Source: the human T2T-CHM13v2.0 reference genome, Homo sapiens. From it: a DNA stretch of 64,000 nucleotides. Both the position numbers and the translations under genes were made by a program. The notes under the pieces were generated by a model, which made no database searches, was not told where the DNA came from, and saw only the letters and a list, made by a program, of their open reading frames with translations. Shown here one piece after another: positions 31,765-47,849 of this stretch. The stretch lies in NCBI RefSeq assembly GCF_009914755.1, contig NC_060925.1; one strand, written 5' to 3'. The stretch's first letter is position 1; the number at the start of each line of letters is the position of its first letter.

Positions 31765-32344
31765 TTCTTTCTTTTTCTTTTTTTTTTTTTTGAGATAAGG
31801 TCTCACTCTGACACCCAGGCTGAAATGCCGTGGCGTGATCTCAGCTCACTTTTTTTTTTTTTTTGAGACAGAGTTTCGCTCTGTTGCCCAGGCTGGAGTG
31901 CAGTGGCTCACTGCAAGCTCCACCTCCCGGGTTCAGGCCATTCTCCTGCCTCAGCCTCCCGAGTAGCTGTGACCACAGGCGTGCGCTACTACACCCTGCT
32001 AGTTTTTTTGTATTTTTAGTACGGACGGGGTTTCACTGTGTTAGCCAGGATGGTCTCGATCTCCTGACCTCGTGATCCACCCGCCTCGGCCCCACAAAGT
32101 GCTGGGATTACAGGCGTGAGCCACCGTGCCTGGCCAATCTCAGCTCACTTTTTGTATTTTATTTTTAGTTTTTATATTTTTAATTTTTTTTTTTGTATTT
32201 AATTTTTTTTTTTTTAAGTAGAGATGGGTTTTTGCCATGTGCCATGTTTTCCAGGGTGGTCTTGAACTTCCGAGCTCAAGTGATCCGCCTGCCTTGGCCT
32301 CCCAAAGTGCTGGGAGTGTAGGCATGAGCCACCTCGCCAGAGTG
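31765..32344 (-). mobile_element. Nested Alus: old AluJ-like host with an AluY insert (31851-32135)
   Basis: Outer TSD CTCAGTGCTTACCTCTTT (31747, 32345); inner TSD ATCTCAGCTCACTTTTT (31838, 32137). Confidence 0.9.
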
Positions 32345-34260
32345 CTCAGTGCTTACCTCTTTAACCTCATTTCTAACCATGGTCTCCCTTGCTCACCGTA
32401 CTCCAGCCACAGTGTCCTTTCCGCTGGTCCTTGAACACATCGAGTTCATTTCTTCCTTAAGACATTTTCTCCAGATGTTTTTCTCTGCTATGGCTTCTTT
32501 CCTTTCTTTTCATTTTTTAGTCTCTGTGTAAATGTTACATCCTCAGCAAGATCATCCCTAAATTAACCAACCTAAAATAACTATCCACTGGTTTTCTGTC
32601 ACATTCTATATCACATCACTTACTTTGTTTTTCTGCATAGTGCTTCAGTATGCAGAATAAATATTAGATATTATTATGTATTTGTTTATTGCCTGTTTAG
32701 TGTCTTTGTGCTATATCCTCCCCCAGTAATATTTGTGGAATAAATGAATAAATTTTTAACAACTGCTTTTTACTCTGTCTCTGTCTTTCAGTAAAAGGCT
32801 TTTTCTCTCCATATTTAACTTTGCCAGGTGTAGCTGGTAGTGCTCATAGGGAAGTAGGGGAGATGGGAGTATCTTTGACGTTAATTAATTATCTTGCTCA
32901 TGATAACATAGGAGAGATAATCAGTATTTTTGGTTACATCATTTGGATGTAGTAATTATTATGCTGGTAATTTAACTAATGATAATTAAATGCTACATAT
33001 GCCAGGGTCTTATAAATGTTTAATTAGATAACTGCTTATATTTGGTCACTCATTTTTCTTACACAATAGTAAAATTTCCTCCTTTGATAAAAGGCCGGTT
33101 TTAATGATTAATGGCATATTGTCTAAACTGATGTAAGTCTCTGACACTTAACGAAACTTTAGGAATAGGTTACATTTGACATTTGACATAGTTAAAAAAT
33201 TTAGGGAGATAATTTTTCAAATAGGAAGAAACACGAATAATTAGGTCTTGGTGGCACATATGGTGTTTTTTTGTTTATTTGCCTTTTTTGGTTTCCAGTG
33301 AAGTCTGTAGAAAATATGACAGGAGGTCTATAGAATACATGATAGAAAGGATATTCTGGTTTGTGTAATTTGTAGGTGGGTAACACCTTTTTAAAGATAA
33401 AAGATAATAGCATGAGCTTTATTGCTAAATAAAATTTGAAAGATATTTTAAAGTTTTGTTTTAAATTTTGGAGAAATCCAACAATATTAATATAAAATGT
33501 AAGGTAGTTTATTTAAAATAATTAAGTGGCACAGGAAAATCAGTAAGAGATGAATTTTCAATAACAATGAAAACCTTATTAATGGTGTTAATTACTGTAA
33601 TTAATACTGGCTTGTATATTAAATCATTGATAACAATACCTCAAGGAATTATCAGTACATAATTTTCTCTCTGGGGAGACTATTGAGTTCATGCTGTGAC
33701 TCTTCTAATTTCCCCAGAGAGGATTATCATCATAATGTTATCCTGAATTATCTTATTGCTCAGTAAGTGTCCTTGCCTTCAAATTTAAAGCAAATTAAGA
33801 AATTAATTTAGTCCTGGGAAGTTATTGTTTAAGGAGTCTGCACCTGTGAAAATATGAACCCGTGGCAAACAGAAGGAATTTTATTTTCAAATGAAAAGTA
33901 TCTATGTGAAGGAAGCTCAGTAAACACAGACTGATACGTAGAAGTTAATCCCAATTAGTTAGTAAGATCTCGTGTTAATGTGATTAGAGTGTATTCACAT
34001 CAAAAAAATGTTTGTTAATAAGAACCCAGAACAGTATACTGATTCTCTACTAGATTCTACTTAGAGCTGGTAGATAATTATAGTCATGCCCTTTGTATTT
34101 TGGGCCTTTTACATTCATTTAGTTCTTTCGAATACATTCACTGAGTTAGTATTTATTCTCTACTTCATGGCATTTTGATAAAAAGCTGAAAAAAAAAACC
34201 CCCACTTTGGTCTCTACCTTTGAGAAACTCAGTGTGTCTGGAAGGAGAAATGTATATACA

Positions 34261-34682
34261 TAATTGACCCTGGAACAACAAGAGAGTAGTTTGTGCAGCT
34301 GAAAACCTGTATATAACTTTTGACTCCCTAAAAGCTTAACTATAAATAGCCTACTGTTGACTAGAAGCCTTACTGATAACAGAAAGTCAATTAACACATG
34401 CTTTGTATGTTTTGTGTATTATATAATGTGTTCTTACAATAAAATAAACTACAGAAAAGGAAATGTTAATAAGAAAATCATAAGGAAGAAAAATGATATT
34501 TAATATTCATTAAGTGGAAAGTAGATCTTCATCTTTATCCTCATTGTCTTTGCATTGGGTAGGCAGAGGAGAAGGAGAAAGAGAAGGAGTTTCTTGCTGT
34601 CTCATGGAAGGGAGAAGTAGAAGAAAATCTACATATAAGTGGATCTGCACAGTTCAAACTTGTGTTGTTCAAGAGTCAATTG
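34261..34682. mobile_element. Tigger2a/MER28-type DNA transposon
   Basis: TIRs TTGACCCTGGAACAAC ... GTTGTTCAAGAGTCAATTG|TA; AATAGCCTACTGTTGAC core. Confidence 0.8.
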
Positions 34683-37600
34683 TATAAACGAGTAATTAAA
34701 AGCCTGTGTGATCCAGGACCCAACATGGTGCCTGCGTTTGTATGCCTCTTTATAGAGTTGAATGACTACTGTCAATTGCTACAGAAATAGAGGTAGAAGC
34801 CAGTAAAGCTGCCTGAGCGAGCTGAAGATGATTCCTTAGAAGAGCTGACATGGAACTGAATCCCAAAGATGAGCTGTGGTTTGCTGGGTATGAAAAAGGA
34901 AGTTATTCAGAAGGCATGGGAATAAGCAAGTGCAATGCCATGGGCATGAGGCCAAAGTTCACAGTGCACTTGGGAAATACATGGTGCAGCTGATGGAGGG
35001 GGCCATAGCGAGGTGCAAAATTGACTTGAAAAGCCTTCTGTCATAGATAAGGCATCATTATCCTCATTTGATAGTGGAAGAAACAAAGTGGGTTTTTACT
35101 TCCATAAAAGTTGAAGGTCCTCTAAGTGACTCACCTCAAATCTAAAAGCCATTTTGTGCAGCTTAGAAAAAAAAAACCTGGGTCATTAAGGAACTTCAAG
35201 AAACTGAGACTCAGTTTACACTCCAAATTAAGAACAGCGAAACATCAGTTTAAGTGATTTTATTTGGTTTATATTTCATATTGATTTGAATCTCAGTATT
35301 TTGCTGAGTTATTTTATTCCCAGTAACTTAAAACATATGGGACATAGAACATCATTCAACAAAGAGAATATAGCTATTTCCTAAAAATAGTTCTTTACTT
35401 GAGTGGGAACCCGTTTGATGATACCATTTTTTATTTAAAGCACCTAATGTAATGCTACCTACAGTGGAATGTAACTCAGCAAAATGAAGTATGGCATTGA
35501 AAACAATATACTATAATCGCTACCGAAGTATATAGATATATTACCTGCCTGATGATCTCCTAAAGGAGACCTCCTCTTATACAAGCTTATTTTTATACAA
35601 ATTGCAGTGTGGCAAAGAGACCCAAGGGTAGTTGGAGATGTGCAGCTATGCTCCTTCTCATGTCAGCTCTCCACATCTACACTGGGTGACAGGACATGGG
35701 AGCAGATGAGACAAGCTGTCACTCACCCACACTGCCCTTTGAAGAAAGGCCATGGGGGGAAAAAGGTGCCGCAAATGGGCTGTGAAGTTTACATACACTG
35801 CCCACTGTTAAACAGATTACGTCTAATGAAGTGTCTAATGCTCAGGCCATATCAACCTAATCCTTGGTGGCAGTTCATCCCTCAACTGCCAAAAAACACC
35901 GCCCTCTGGCCCTCTTTCGCCACTCTGGCGGCCAAGCACAGGGAGGTGCCCAGTCTTAATAAACCAAGACAGTGTGTGATCTGACATGCAAATGTAGGTC
36001 ATTGCATATGTAAATGTGTGATTACAAACCTGCATGCCAAAACACATTAGTAAGACTTTGCTCTCAGCATGCGGTTGTCACACTGCCTTAGCAGTTCACG
36101 CTAATATTTGTCAAGTTATTGTGCAGACAGAAGATGGAATTCCCAGTCAAATTTAAAGTATCTGAATTGTTTGATAGTGTTCCTAATGATGAAGCTGTAT
36201 TTTGCTGTTGAGATTGACAAATCTTCATTAAGTGAAAGAATGGTCTCCGTGTATGGGAGAAGGATTTATACTTATTAGATGACACAGACTATTCCAGTGC
36301 ATCAATATAAACAATTCTTAGGAAATCATAGACAATTTAAAACATGTTTCCTTTTTAAACAAAACCTTTATTTAAAGTTAAAAACGTAAAAAATTGCCAA
36401 ATATCCATTGGCTATATCTGAGAAGTGGTACTTTGTGAGTTTCTTTGTTACATATATATCATTTTGTCACATTGACACTTAATTGTAAATTCAATGGCTA
36501 TGAAAAGAAATCCATTTACAAATGAACATCATGGCAAGTTATCTCCCTTTATTTCATAATTTTATTTTCATTCTATGTTTCTTATTGTGGAATACTTTTT
36601 CATCTTCATTTTAAACATGTTTCTATTCCATTTTTGTCTTTATTTTATTTTTTTAGTCAAAAGACTTAACATTGAAAATATCTGTGGATCATCATGTAGG
36701 GTCCCATAATGTTGGGTCATACATAAGGTGACTTTGCTTAATAACCTGGCAGTGTGGCATAGGCTATACTTGGGAATCAACTAGACATTCACTTGGTTTG
36801 ATGACATCTACATGATGGGATTGGTGAGAGAATTGAATTTGATGGCATTTAAAGTCCTGATATACAGTGCCTGTTAAGTTGTGGGGACGAAAATGGGACC
36901 TTCTATCATTGTTGTAGTAATTATAAGAATTATCTTATGGACCTATACTTATGAAATGAATTTGCGAAATTTGAAAAATTTCTTGTACTCTGGTTATTTT
37001 GCATATTTTAAAGGAAGCATGATCTTTTTCTTGACAGTATTTTGGACTTCTAGAAGAAGAAAACAATGTACAATAACAAATTATTGCTTCTTTTTTTTTT
37101 AAGAGAAAACATTGGGTTTGAATTATAGTGACTCTTTGGCAGAATTTTACAGTTAGATGTAGTGAATTTTACATGATAGATGTAGTAAAATTAAAAGATA
37201 AAATGTACTAAGGGTTAATGCAAAGTGTTGCCCGTATATCAAAATAGCCTTTCTGCGTAAGTCTAGGATATGGGATCATCAGCCTTATCAAAGGTTTCTT
37301 TGAAAGACTAAGAGTTTAAGCTGAATGTAATGTGCTCATGAACCAGTGCCATCTTTGCATTAATAGGTCTTTAATATTCAGTTTCATTAGAGGGTGCACT
37401 AGCCTGGCCCCACAAGAATGTCATGTTTGGCTTGGAGAGTACAGAGGGGGTGTGAGGAGAATGGTAAAAGGCACGGAAGAGTGTGCTCATCAGTACTCCA
37501 GGAATCTTGAAAAGGCTCAGGCATGCCTAGCCGAAAAAGAGAAGATATGAGGGCATGTGATAGTTTTAAATAGGCTTTTTTTGTTATATTTTAAACAGCT

Positions 37601-38215
37601 AGAGATGCTAAAATGAATGCCATCAGGAATGTAAAAGGTGATATTCCAACTTTAGCAATAGACAGTGTCTGACTGTAGTAGATGTTCAGGTAGTGTTTAC
37701 CCCATAACTGAAGATTGAATGAATAAGTCCATGAACAAAAAGTGAATAAAAGAACTAGGACAATCAGTAAAATTTATAACCTGAATTTAGTCTCAAAATA
37801 GGGATGGCCCCTGCCCCCAATATCTTATAATTATTTCTCTCATAGCACAGTGAAGAGCCTCTTCTATGTATTTGGGTAAGCCGTTTGAGAGCAGAAAGCA
37901 TATCTCATTCATCTCTATTTCCCTAGCAGCCAGCATAGTGCCTGGCACATGGTAAATATCAAAAAATGTTATTTAATGATGCGGTAGTAAACTTCTTGAC
38001 ACTGGACATATTCTTTGCAGAAGTTAAATAACTGTCAGGAAGTTAACAGGTGTTTCATGCATTAGTTGACAGTTTGGACTAAATGATTATGTATTTTTGT
38101 AAGGTCCATTTCAACTCAAAGATCTTTTCAAAAGAAAAGAAATAGCAGAGAAATACTAGATTGGGTGGGACAAGTTTATATTCTGTGAACTAAAGACAAG
38201 TTATAAGGAGTTCTT

Positions 38216-41807
<3,592 letters not shown>

Positions 41808-41899
41808 AAGGAGTTCTTATCTAAAAGTTCAGACTCTTCATCCCTATGTTGTATCCTTCTTCCTTAATTAACTTCCTTTTTAGGCTTTCCTATCTCACA

Positions 41900-41902
<3 letters not shown>

Positions 41903-41954
<52 letters not shown>

Positions 41955-42165
41955 GTACATATATACACATATATATGTATGTTTATATATTTATTAAAAC
42001 ATGTATATGTATGTTTTATATATTAAAACATATATGTATGTTTATATATTAAAACATATGTATGTTTATGTATTAAAACATGTATGTATGTTTACATATT
42101 TATTAAAACATGTATGTATGTTTTATATATTTATTAAAACACACATATATATATATGTATGTTTT
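41903..42165. repeat. (TA)~24 microsatellite followed by an AT-rich ~24-28-nt minisatellite (TATGTATGTTTATATATTAAAACA)
   Basis: Read directly from the sequence. Confidence 0.9.
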
Positions 42166-42421
42166 AATGTATTCCTTGTTTATTCCCCTCACTAGAATGT
42201 AAGTTCCTCAGGTACAGGGATTATTGTCTCTCTAGTCTGCTACTGTATCGTCAGTGTGTAGGACAGTGCCTGGCATAAGTTCAGTAAATATTTGTTGTTG
42301 AGTGAATGGATGTCTGCAAACTTACCCTATGTGTCACCTACATATATGAAAATGATCAGTGATTGTGTGTATTGCGTGTATATTGTGTGATTGAAAATTT
42401 TTCTGACATTTTTAATTACAG

Positions 42422-42562
42422 AAGGCCTTACGACCGGATATGGGCTATAATACATTAGCCAACTTTCGAATAGAAAAGAAAATTGGTCGCGGACAATTTA
42501 GTGAAGTTTATAGAGCAGCCTGTCTCTTGGATGGAGTACCAGTAGCTTTAAAAAAAGTGCAG
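42422..42562 (+). CDS. NEK7: NEK7 coding exon, aa 20-66 KALRPDMGYNTLANFRIEKKIGRGQFSEVYRAACLLDGVPVALKKVQ (Gly-rich loop, VAIK Lys63)
   Basis: Acceptor ttacag| at 42421, donor CAG|GTAAGA. 141 nt, phase 0/0. Kinase subdomains I-II (GxGxFSxV, VALKK). Confidence 0.98.
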
Positions 42563-43509
42563 GTAAGATGACTTTAATTATATAAATCAATGTAAAATTA
42601 TACTATGTGAATTATAGATGAGAAAAGTATATCCTGAATGATTGGGTACTGATAGCCTTAAGTTGAGAATGCTGGGAAAGATTGAACGTTGTATTTTAAA
42701 AGCCAGAAACAAGTGTAGTATGGAGTGGAAATATTAGTTTTAACACTATTTCTAGGCTTTAAAAATTTAGCTCGTATTGAACCTCAAAAAGCTTTCACAA
42801 CTCTAGATTTTAAGAGGCAGATTTGAGTCATCACCATTACTTCTACCTGGACATTTAACTAGATGTTGAATACTCACTGAAGTTCTACAGCTATAGGCAC
42901 TGTAGTCAGAAACTAGAGTCACAAAATGTACTGCCCGAAGTTAGTAAATGGCAGTTAAACTATACCAGCAAAAAAATGAAAGGAAAATGAAGTGAACTTT
43001 ATTTACTTGGAAATAAAAACGAGGCAGATAAAATTAGAACATTGATACCTAACTTTAAAATCTCTTATTGTATTTGTGTCATTCTGGAATCAGATTTGCT
43101 CTCTAATCCAGACCCTTTCCTGTCTTCTCGAATTCATTTATCTTGCTCCAGCTCCTCTTTCCAAGTCCTGCCCTAACCCTGGAGTTGCAGTCCAACTGAG
43201 CTACCCTGGAATGCTCACTTGCCAGAGCCCTGAGTGTTTCACTTGCCCTAATGAGGTCCTCTGGCCTAGAAAGTACTTGTCTTTCTGCCTTCCAGTGTGT
43301 ATGACATCAAACAGTAAATCACACAGTGAATCATACACTTTTACTTCCCTTTTTCAATTATGGTAATAGTTATTCTTCACCTGTGCTACAGACTATTTTG
43401 CTTTGCAACTCTTTTATCTTTTTTCTGCAGATACCTGTGAAATCTAAATGTCTTTTTTTTTTTAAACTTCTTAAGATGATTAGTATACTTGTGACAGCCA
43501 ATATAGAGA

Positions 43510-44200
43510 TGAACAGTTTTAATTTACATTTAAAAATGAAACTAATGATTTATAAAAGGTTTTATCTGGTATATGTGTTAGATGTAAACAATAATAGAGA
43601 TACCCGCATATCCACAAGGCAGCTTAAGAAATAAACATTAAAAATATTTTCGACATGTGTGTGCTACTCCCTTCCCTCAGAGATAACCATATCCTGAATG
43701 TAATGTTTATCATTCCTTTGTTTTTCTTTATTGTTTTTCCTACATTGGTATGAATTTCTAAAATAGTCTATTGTTTACTTTTGCATTTTTTTAAACTTTA
43801 CATAAATGAAGCATGTTTTATATATGTATTACACGCACACACACTCACACAGCTTGCTTTTTTCACATAGCTTCGTGTTTGAGCAATTAGTCCGTGTTGG
43901 TGCATGTGCTGTAGTTTATCCTTTTTGCTACTGTATAATATTCACTTGTTCTTGTTGATTGTTGTTTAAGTTGTTTACAGTTATTTGCTATTACAAACAA
44001 TGCTTCTCTGATATTCTCATGTCTTTCCTAGTTTACACATACAAGAATTTCTCTCTTGTTTGTGCTTAAGAGTGGAAATGACTGCATCCCACAGGGGATG
44101 CATGTGTACTGCAAGTTAATGCCAAGTTGCTTTCCAAAGTTGCACTGGTGTAAGTTTTCGCCAGCAGCATATAAGAATTGCAGTCTTCTCTGTTTTAATA
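43510..44200 (-). mobile_element. Old L1ME-like 3' fragment
   Basis: TTTGCTATTACAAACAATGCT...AGAGTGGAAATGACTG...GCCAAGTTGCTTTCCAAAGT antisense L1M motifs. Confidence 0.6.
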
Positions 44201-45709
44201 TGCCACTCAGAGCTTAAGAAAACACAATATGGGATGTAGTTATTAGTGTTTATGAAAGAGATTACTTTTGGAACGATTATTCCCTTACAAAAGAACTCTG
44301 ATTCATTTTTAAAATGGATTAAATTTCTACTGTGATCTCTGAGCACCCAGGGAAATAAAAAAGAAACTAGTGGTATTATTCCTGCCCTCCAGGGGAACAA
44401 GAGTCTATCTAGAACAGTTTAATGTTAAACCCTGTGGCATGGGTTCCTGATTTAAATAAGAGTTCACAGAATGGAGATGTCAATTTGAGCTGTTGGAATT
44501 GGTGGAATTGGAACTTAAGCCAGGCTATAAATATGAGCCCAGATTGTGGTGAGCATTGGAGCCAGACAGAGGAATTTGAACCGTAGGCAATTGAGGATGC
44601 ATTGTGGACTCTCAAGTAGAGTAACAATCTTCAAAATCCATTATTTTCAAAGTAAAATTACAAGCTCAACATACAGAATAGAATGGAGAGAACATAGCTG
44701 CCAATCTGCCACAGATTGTCAAGATGGGAGGTTGGATGGATTGAGATCCATTTGGAGGTCTCTGGGGACTCTTGGATCCCTTCTCTGATTCTGAGTGTGG
44801 AAAACAGGGCTCAATTCTGTCTCTAGTGATTATATTTTACATTGCAGAACCTTCTCATTAGAAACAGAAAGAAAGAAGGGAAGAAAGAAAGAATGGAGGA
44901 AGGGGTGGAGGGAGGAAGAAAAAAGCTCTTGCTGCATTTTTCTATTGATTGGGAATTTGAATAAGTGTGAGTTAATTTGCACAATTGTATTTCCATTCAG
45001 TATTAATTGGACATTACCCTCTAGCTGCCTCTGTTTTACGCTGTGATAAACCTCAAATTACTGTAGGAAGTTAAAGTTTATTCTTTTGGATTATCCCATT
45101 CCTTTCTGCTTTAGTGTGGATATTGTGACATCTAGTTTAAACCTAATTTCTTCATAGAAGACAGAAATGATATTGTGAAGATATTCTTACCTTATTTATT
45201 AGGGAGCAACGCCTTAAACCTTTGTAAGGAGAAATATATTTGCATTTTAGACATATTGATTCTTGTGACATATTACACTTGTGCTGAACAGGAAAACCCA
45301 TGGTTCTTTATTTTTAAAAAGTCATCTCTGCAGCTTAAAATACAAAATTTTATAATATTGCTGACCAATGCTTTTCCTTTTTGAAGAATGCTAACCTAAC
45401 TCTTTAAAAAAACCCTAAAGAATTAAATATTGAATTTCCTCATGCAACTTGTTATTTTAAGGCTATATTACTTGTCTCAAGAACTGTATTACTGTTCCCA
45501 GGTCCACTAGACTCCTTGAATACTTTGGTTGAGTTCATAAAATATTGGTTTTATCATTCATTTCTCTGCTTACAAATTTTTAATGAGATACCATCCAGAA
45601 TCCTCAGCTTAGTTTTTAAGGCCCTTCCCTACTTTGTGCCACTCCATTTAGTTCACTGATTCAGGGCTATTAACAAAGGATGTGTTCAGCTCTGGCCATT
45701 TTCCTGCAG

Positions 45710-45871
45710 GTTTGCCTGTTACCTGTATGGGAAAGAAGAGTGTGTGCGCTAAATGCATGTTACTTCTTGGAAATCATAAAGGGATCTGAGAGCCTACAGT
45801 ATATGGCAACATTAACCAATCTTTTTGAAAATTTACCTGTATCCCATCATGGTTCATTTGCAAAAAAATAA
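45710..45871 (+). CDS. NEK7: Candidate alternative terminal exon of NEK7 giving a truncated 119-aa isoform
   Basis: Acceptor ttttcctgcag| at 45709 is in frame with the preceding phase-0 exon. 53 open codons to TAA at 45869-45871. AATAAA at 45887-45892 with a U-rich tract downstream. Confidence 0.55.
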   Translation, partial: VCLLPVWERRVCALNACYFLEIIKGSESLQYMATLTNLFENLPVSHHGSFAKK

Positions 45872-47539
45872 GATGGTACCTTAACTAATAAAACAATTTT
45901 GAAATTCTCTGTACCAACTTTGCTTTTCTTTCTCTCTTGCCTCCTTCTTCAGTGCTTCCCTTCCTGCTGATCATTGAATTCATTCCTCCAGTATTTATTG
46001 GCCACCTAGTGTTTATTGGTCAGTGTCTAAGGCTTTAGGAAGATTAAGATAAACATAATGAGACTCATGGGATTCTAGTGGGGGTACAACAAAGACACCT
46101 CTAACATAATGAGATAGGCACTCATGTGATAGGAGCAGCCTTGAAGAGAACAGGTGTGAGGAGGAGCTTAGGAAAGAGGCTTCACAGAGTTCGTGAGCTG
46201 GGTCTCAAAACTTACGTTCTTTATGTTGGAAGATTATCAAAAACTTATTTTGATCTGGTATATGCAATCTCTATTTTATTATATTTTGCTCATTGATTAG
46301 AGCTATAGGAATGAAGTTGGTTTTTATTTCATCAGTCTGACATAGTGTTACAGTAGTGTGAATTTTGGGTCTCACTGTTTCTTAGTTCTTTGACCATTGT
46401 ACTCTCATTTTTAAATAATACGTGAGGTATTTTGATCCTTTGTTCATTAATGCTTAATTTCGCTTTGCTTACTCTTAACTATATTTCTAGATAACACTAT
46501 TTTACTGTGTGGCAGCCATTGTCAGTGAGTTTTTTTTAGGAAGAAAAGCTAAAATAATACTTTATGTATTTATACAAATAAACATAAAGTGATAATATTG
46601 TTCAGATTTACCTTTTGATTCAGGTGATCTCAAAAAGTCTTCCCCAAAGTATTCTTTGATATTGAATGCTTACCTTTTATTTACTTATGTTTGTTAGTTG
46701 CTTTAAAGTATTTTTCAAGCAAATAACTTTTTAATTTCTATTAATAAGTTACTTTTTATCATCTTAAGTTTAGATTCTGCATGTTTGCATATAATTAGAA
46801 ATTAGGATTATATATGATCAGAAATTTGTGGACAATGATAGCACTTCCATAATACATAGGCTGATTTTAATATATTCGTAACCTCTGTGGCTCTGCCTTC
46901 AATCTCTTTTTCAGTGTTCATTGTGATTAATAAATTTATCTTGCAGCTTTTATGAACTTCATTTAATCTCTATAGACTTCCTTTCAGATTTCCAATTGTT
47001 ATTTGAATAAATGAAAACTAAGCATTTGTAAGAATAATTCATAAATGACATTTAAAAGATACAGAACAATTTGGTAAATTAATGTTAGTTTTTACTTGTC
47101 AAGGTGGAATAGGCTTTTATCTTTAAAATTAAAGCTTTTTAATTTTAATTACTTGTACTTGCAATCTTAAGCATTTCTAAGCAGATAAGAAACAGAAAAT
47201 TTCCAGTTTTATGGATTGTTTAACATTTTGGGGTTAAACTACTATATGGCAGACACTGTACTTGACAATAGGGACACAATAGTGGGACACAATAATTAAA
47301 TCCAACATTTTTGTGTGGAAAATAGACAATAAATCAAATAATTATAGCAAAAAATAAATCAAATAATTATAGCCAAAAAGGAAATGACCATGCTGTGGTA
47401 TTAGAGACAAACTAGAGGAGGAGAGCATTTTAGATAGAGTGTGCAGCAAAGGCCTCTCCGAGGATGTGAAATTTAAGCGTAGGTGGAGGATAAGGAGTCA
47501 GTCATCTGAAGGGTAGTGACAGGAAGGTTCCAGCTGTAG

Positions 47540-47849
<310 letters not shown>

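Noticed and set aside
35607-36285. 125-aa ORF and overlapping minus-strand ORFs as a hidden gene or processed pseudogene
   Set aside because: No recognisable protein similarity, polyA tail or TSD. The 125-aa ORF starts at GTG. The block is better explained as regulatory DNA.
41950-42165. Regularly spaced repeats resembling a CRISPR-like array
   Set aside because: Degenerate AT minisatellite without unique spacers, in human intronic context, with no cas genes.
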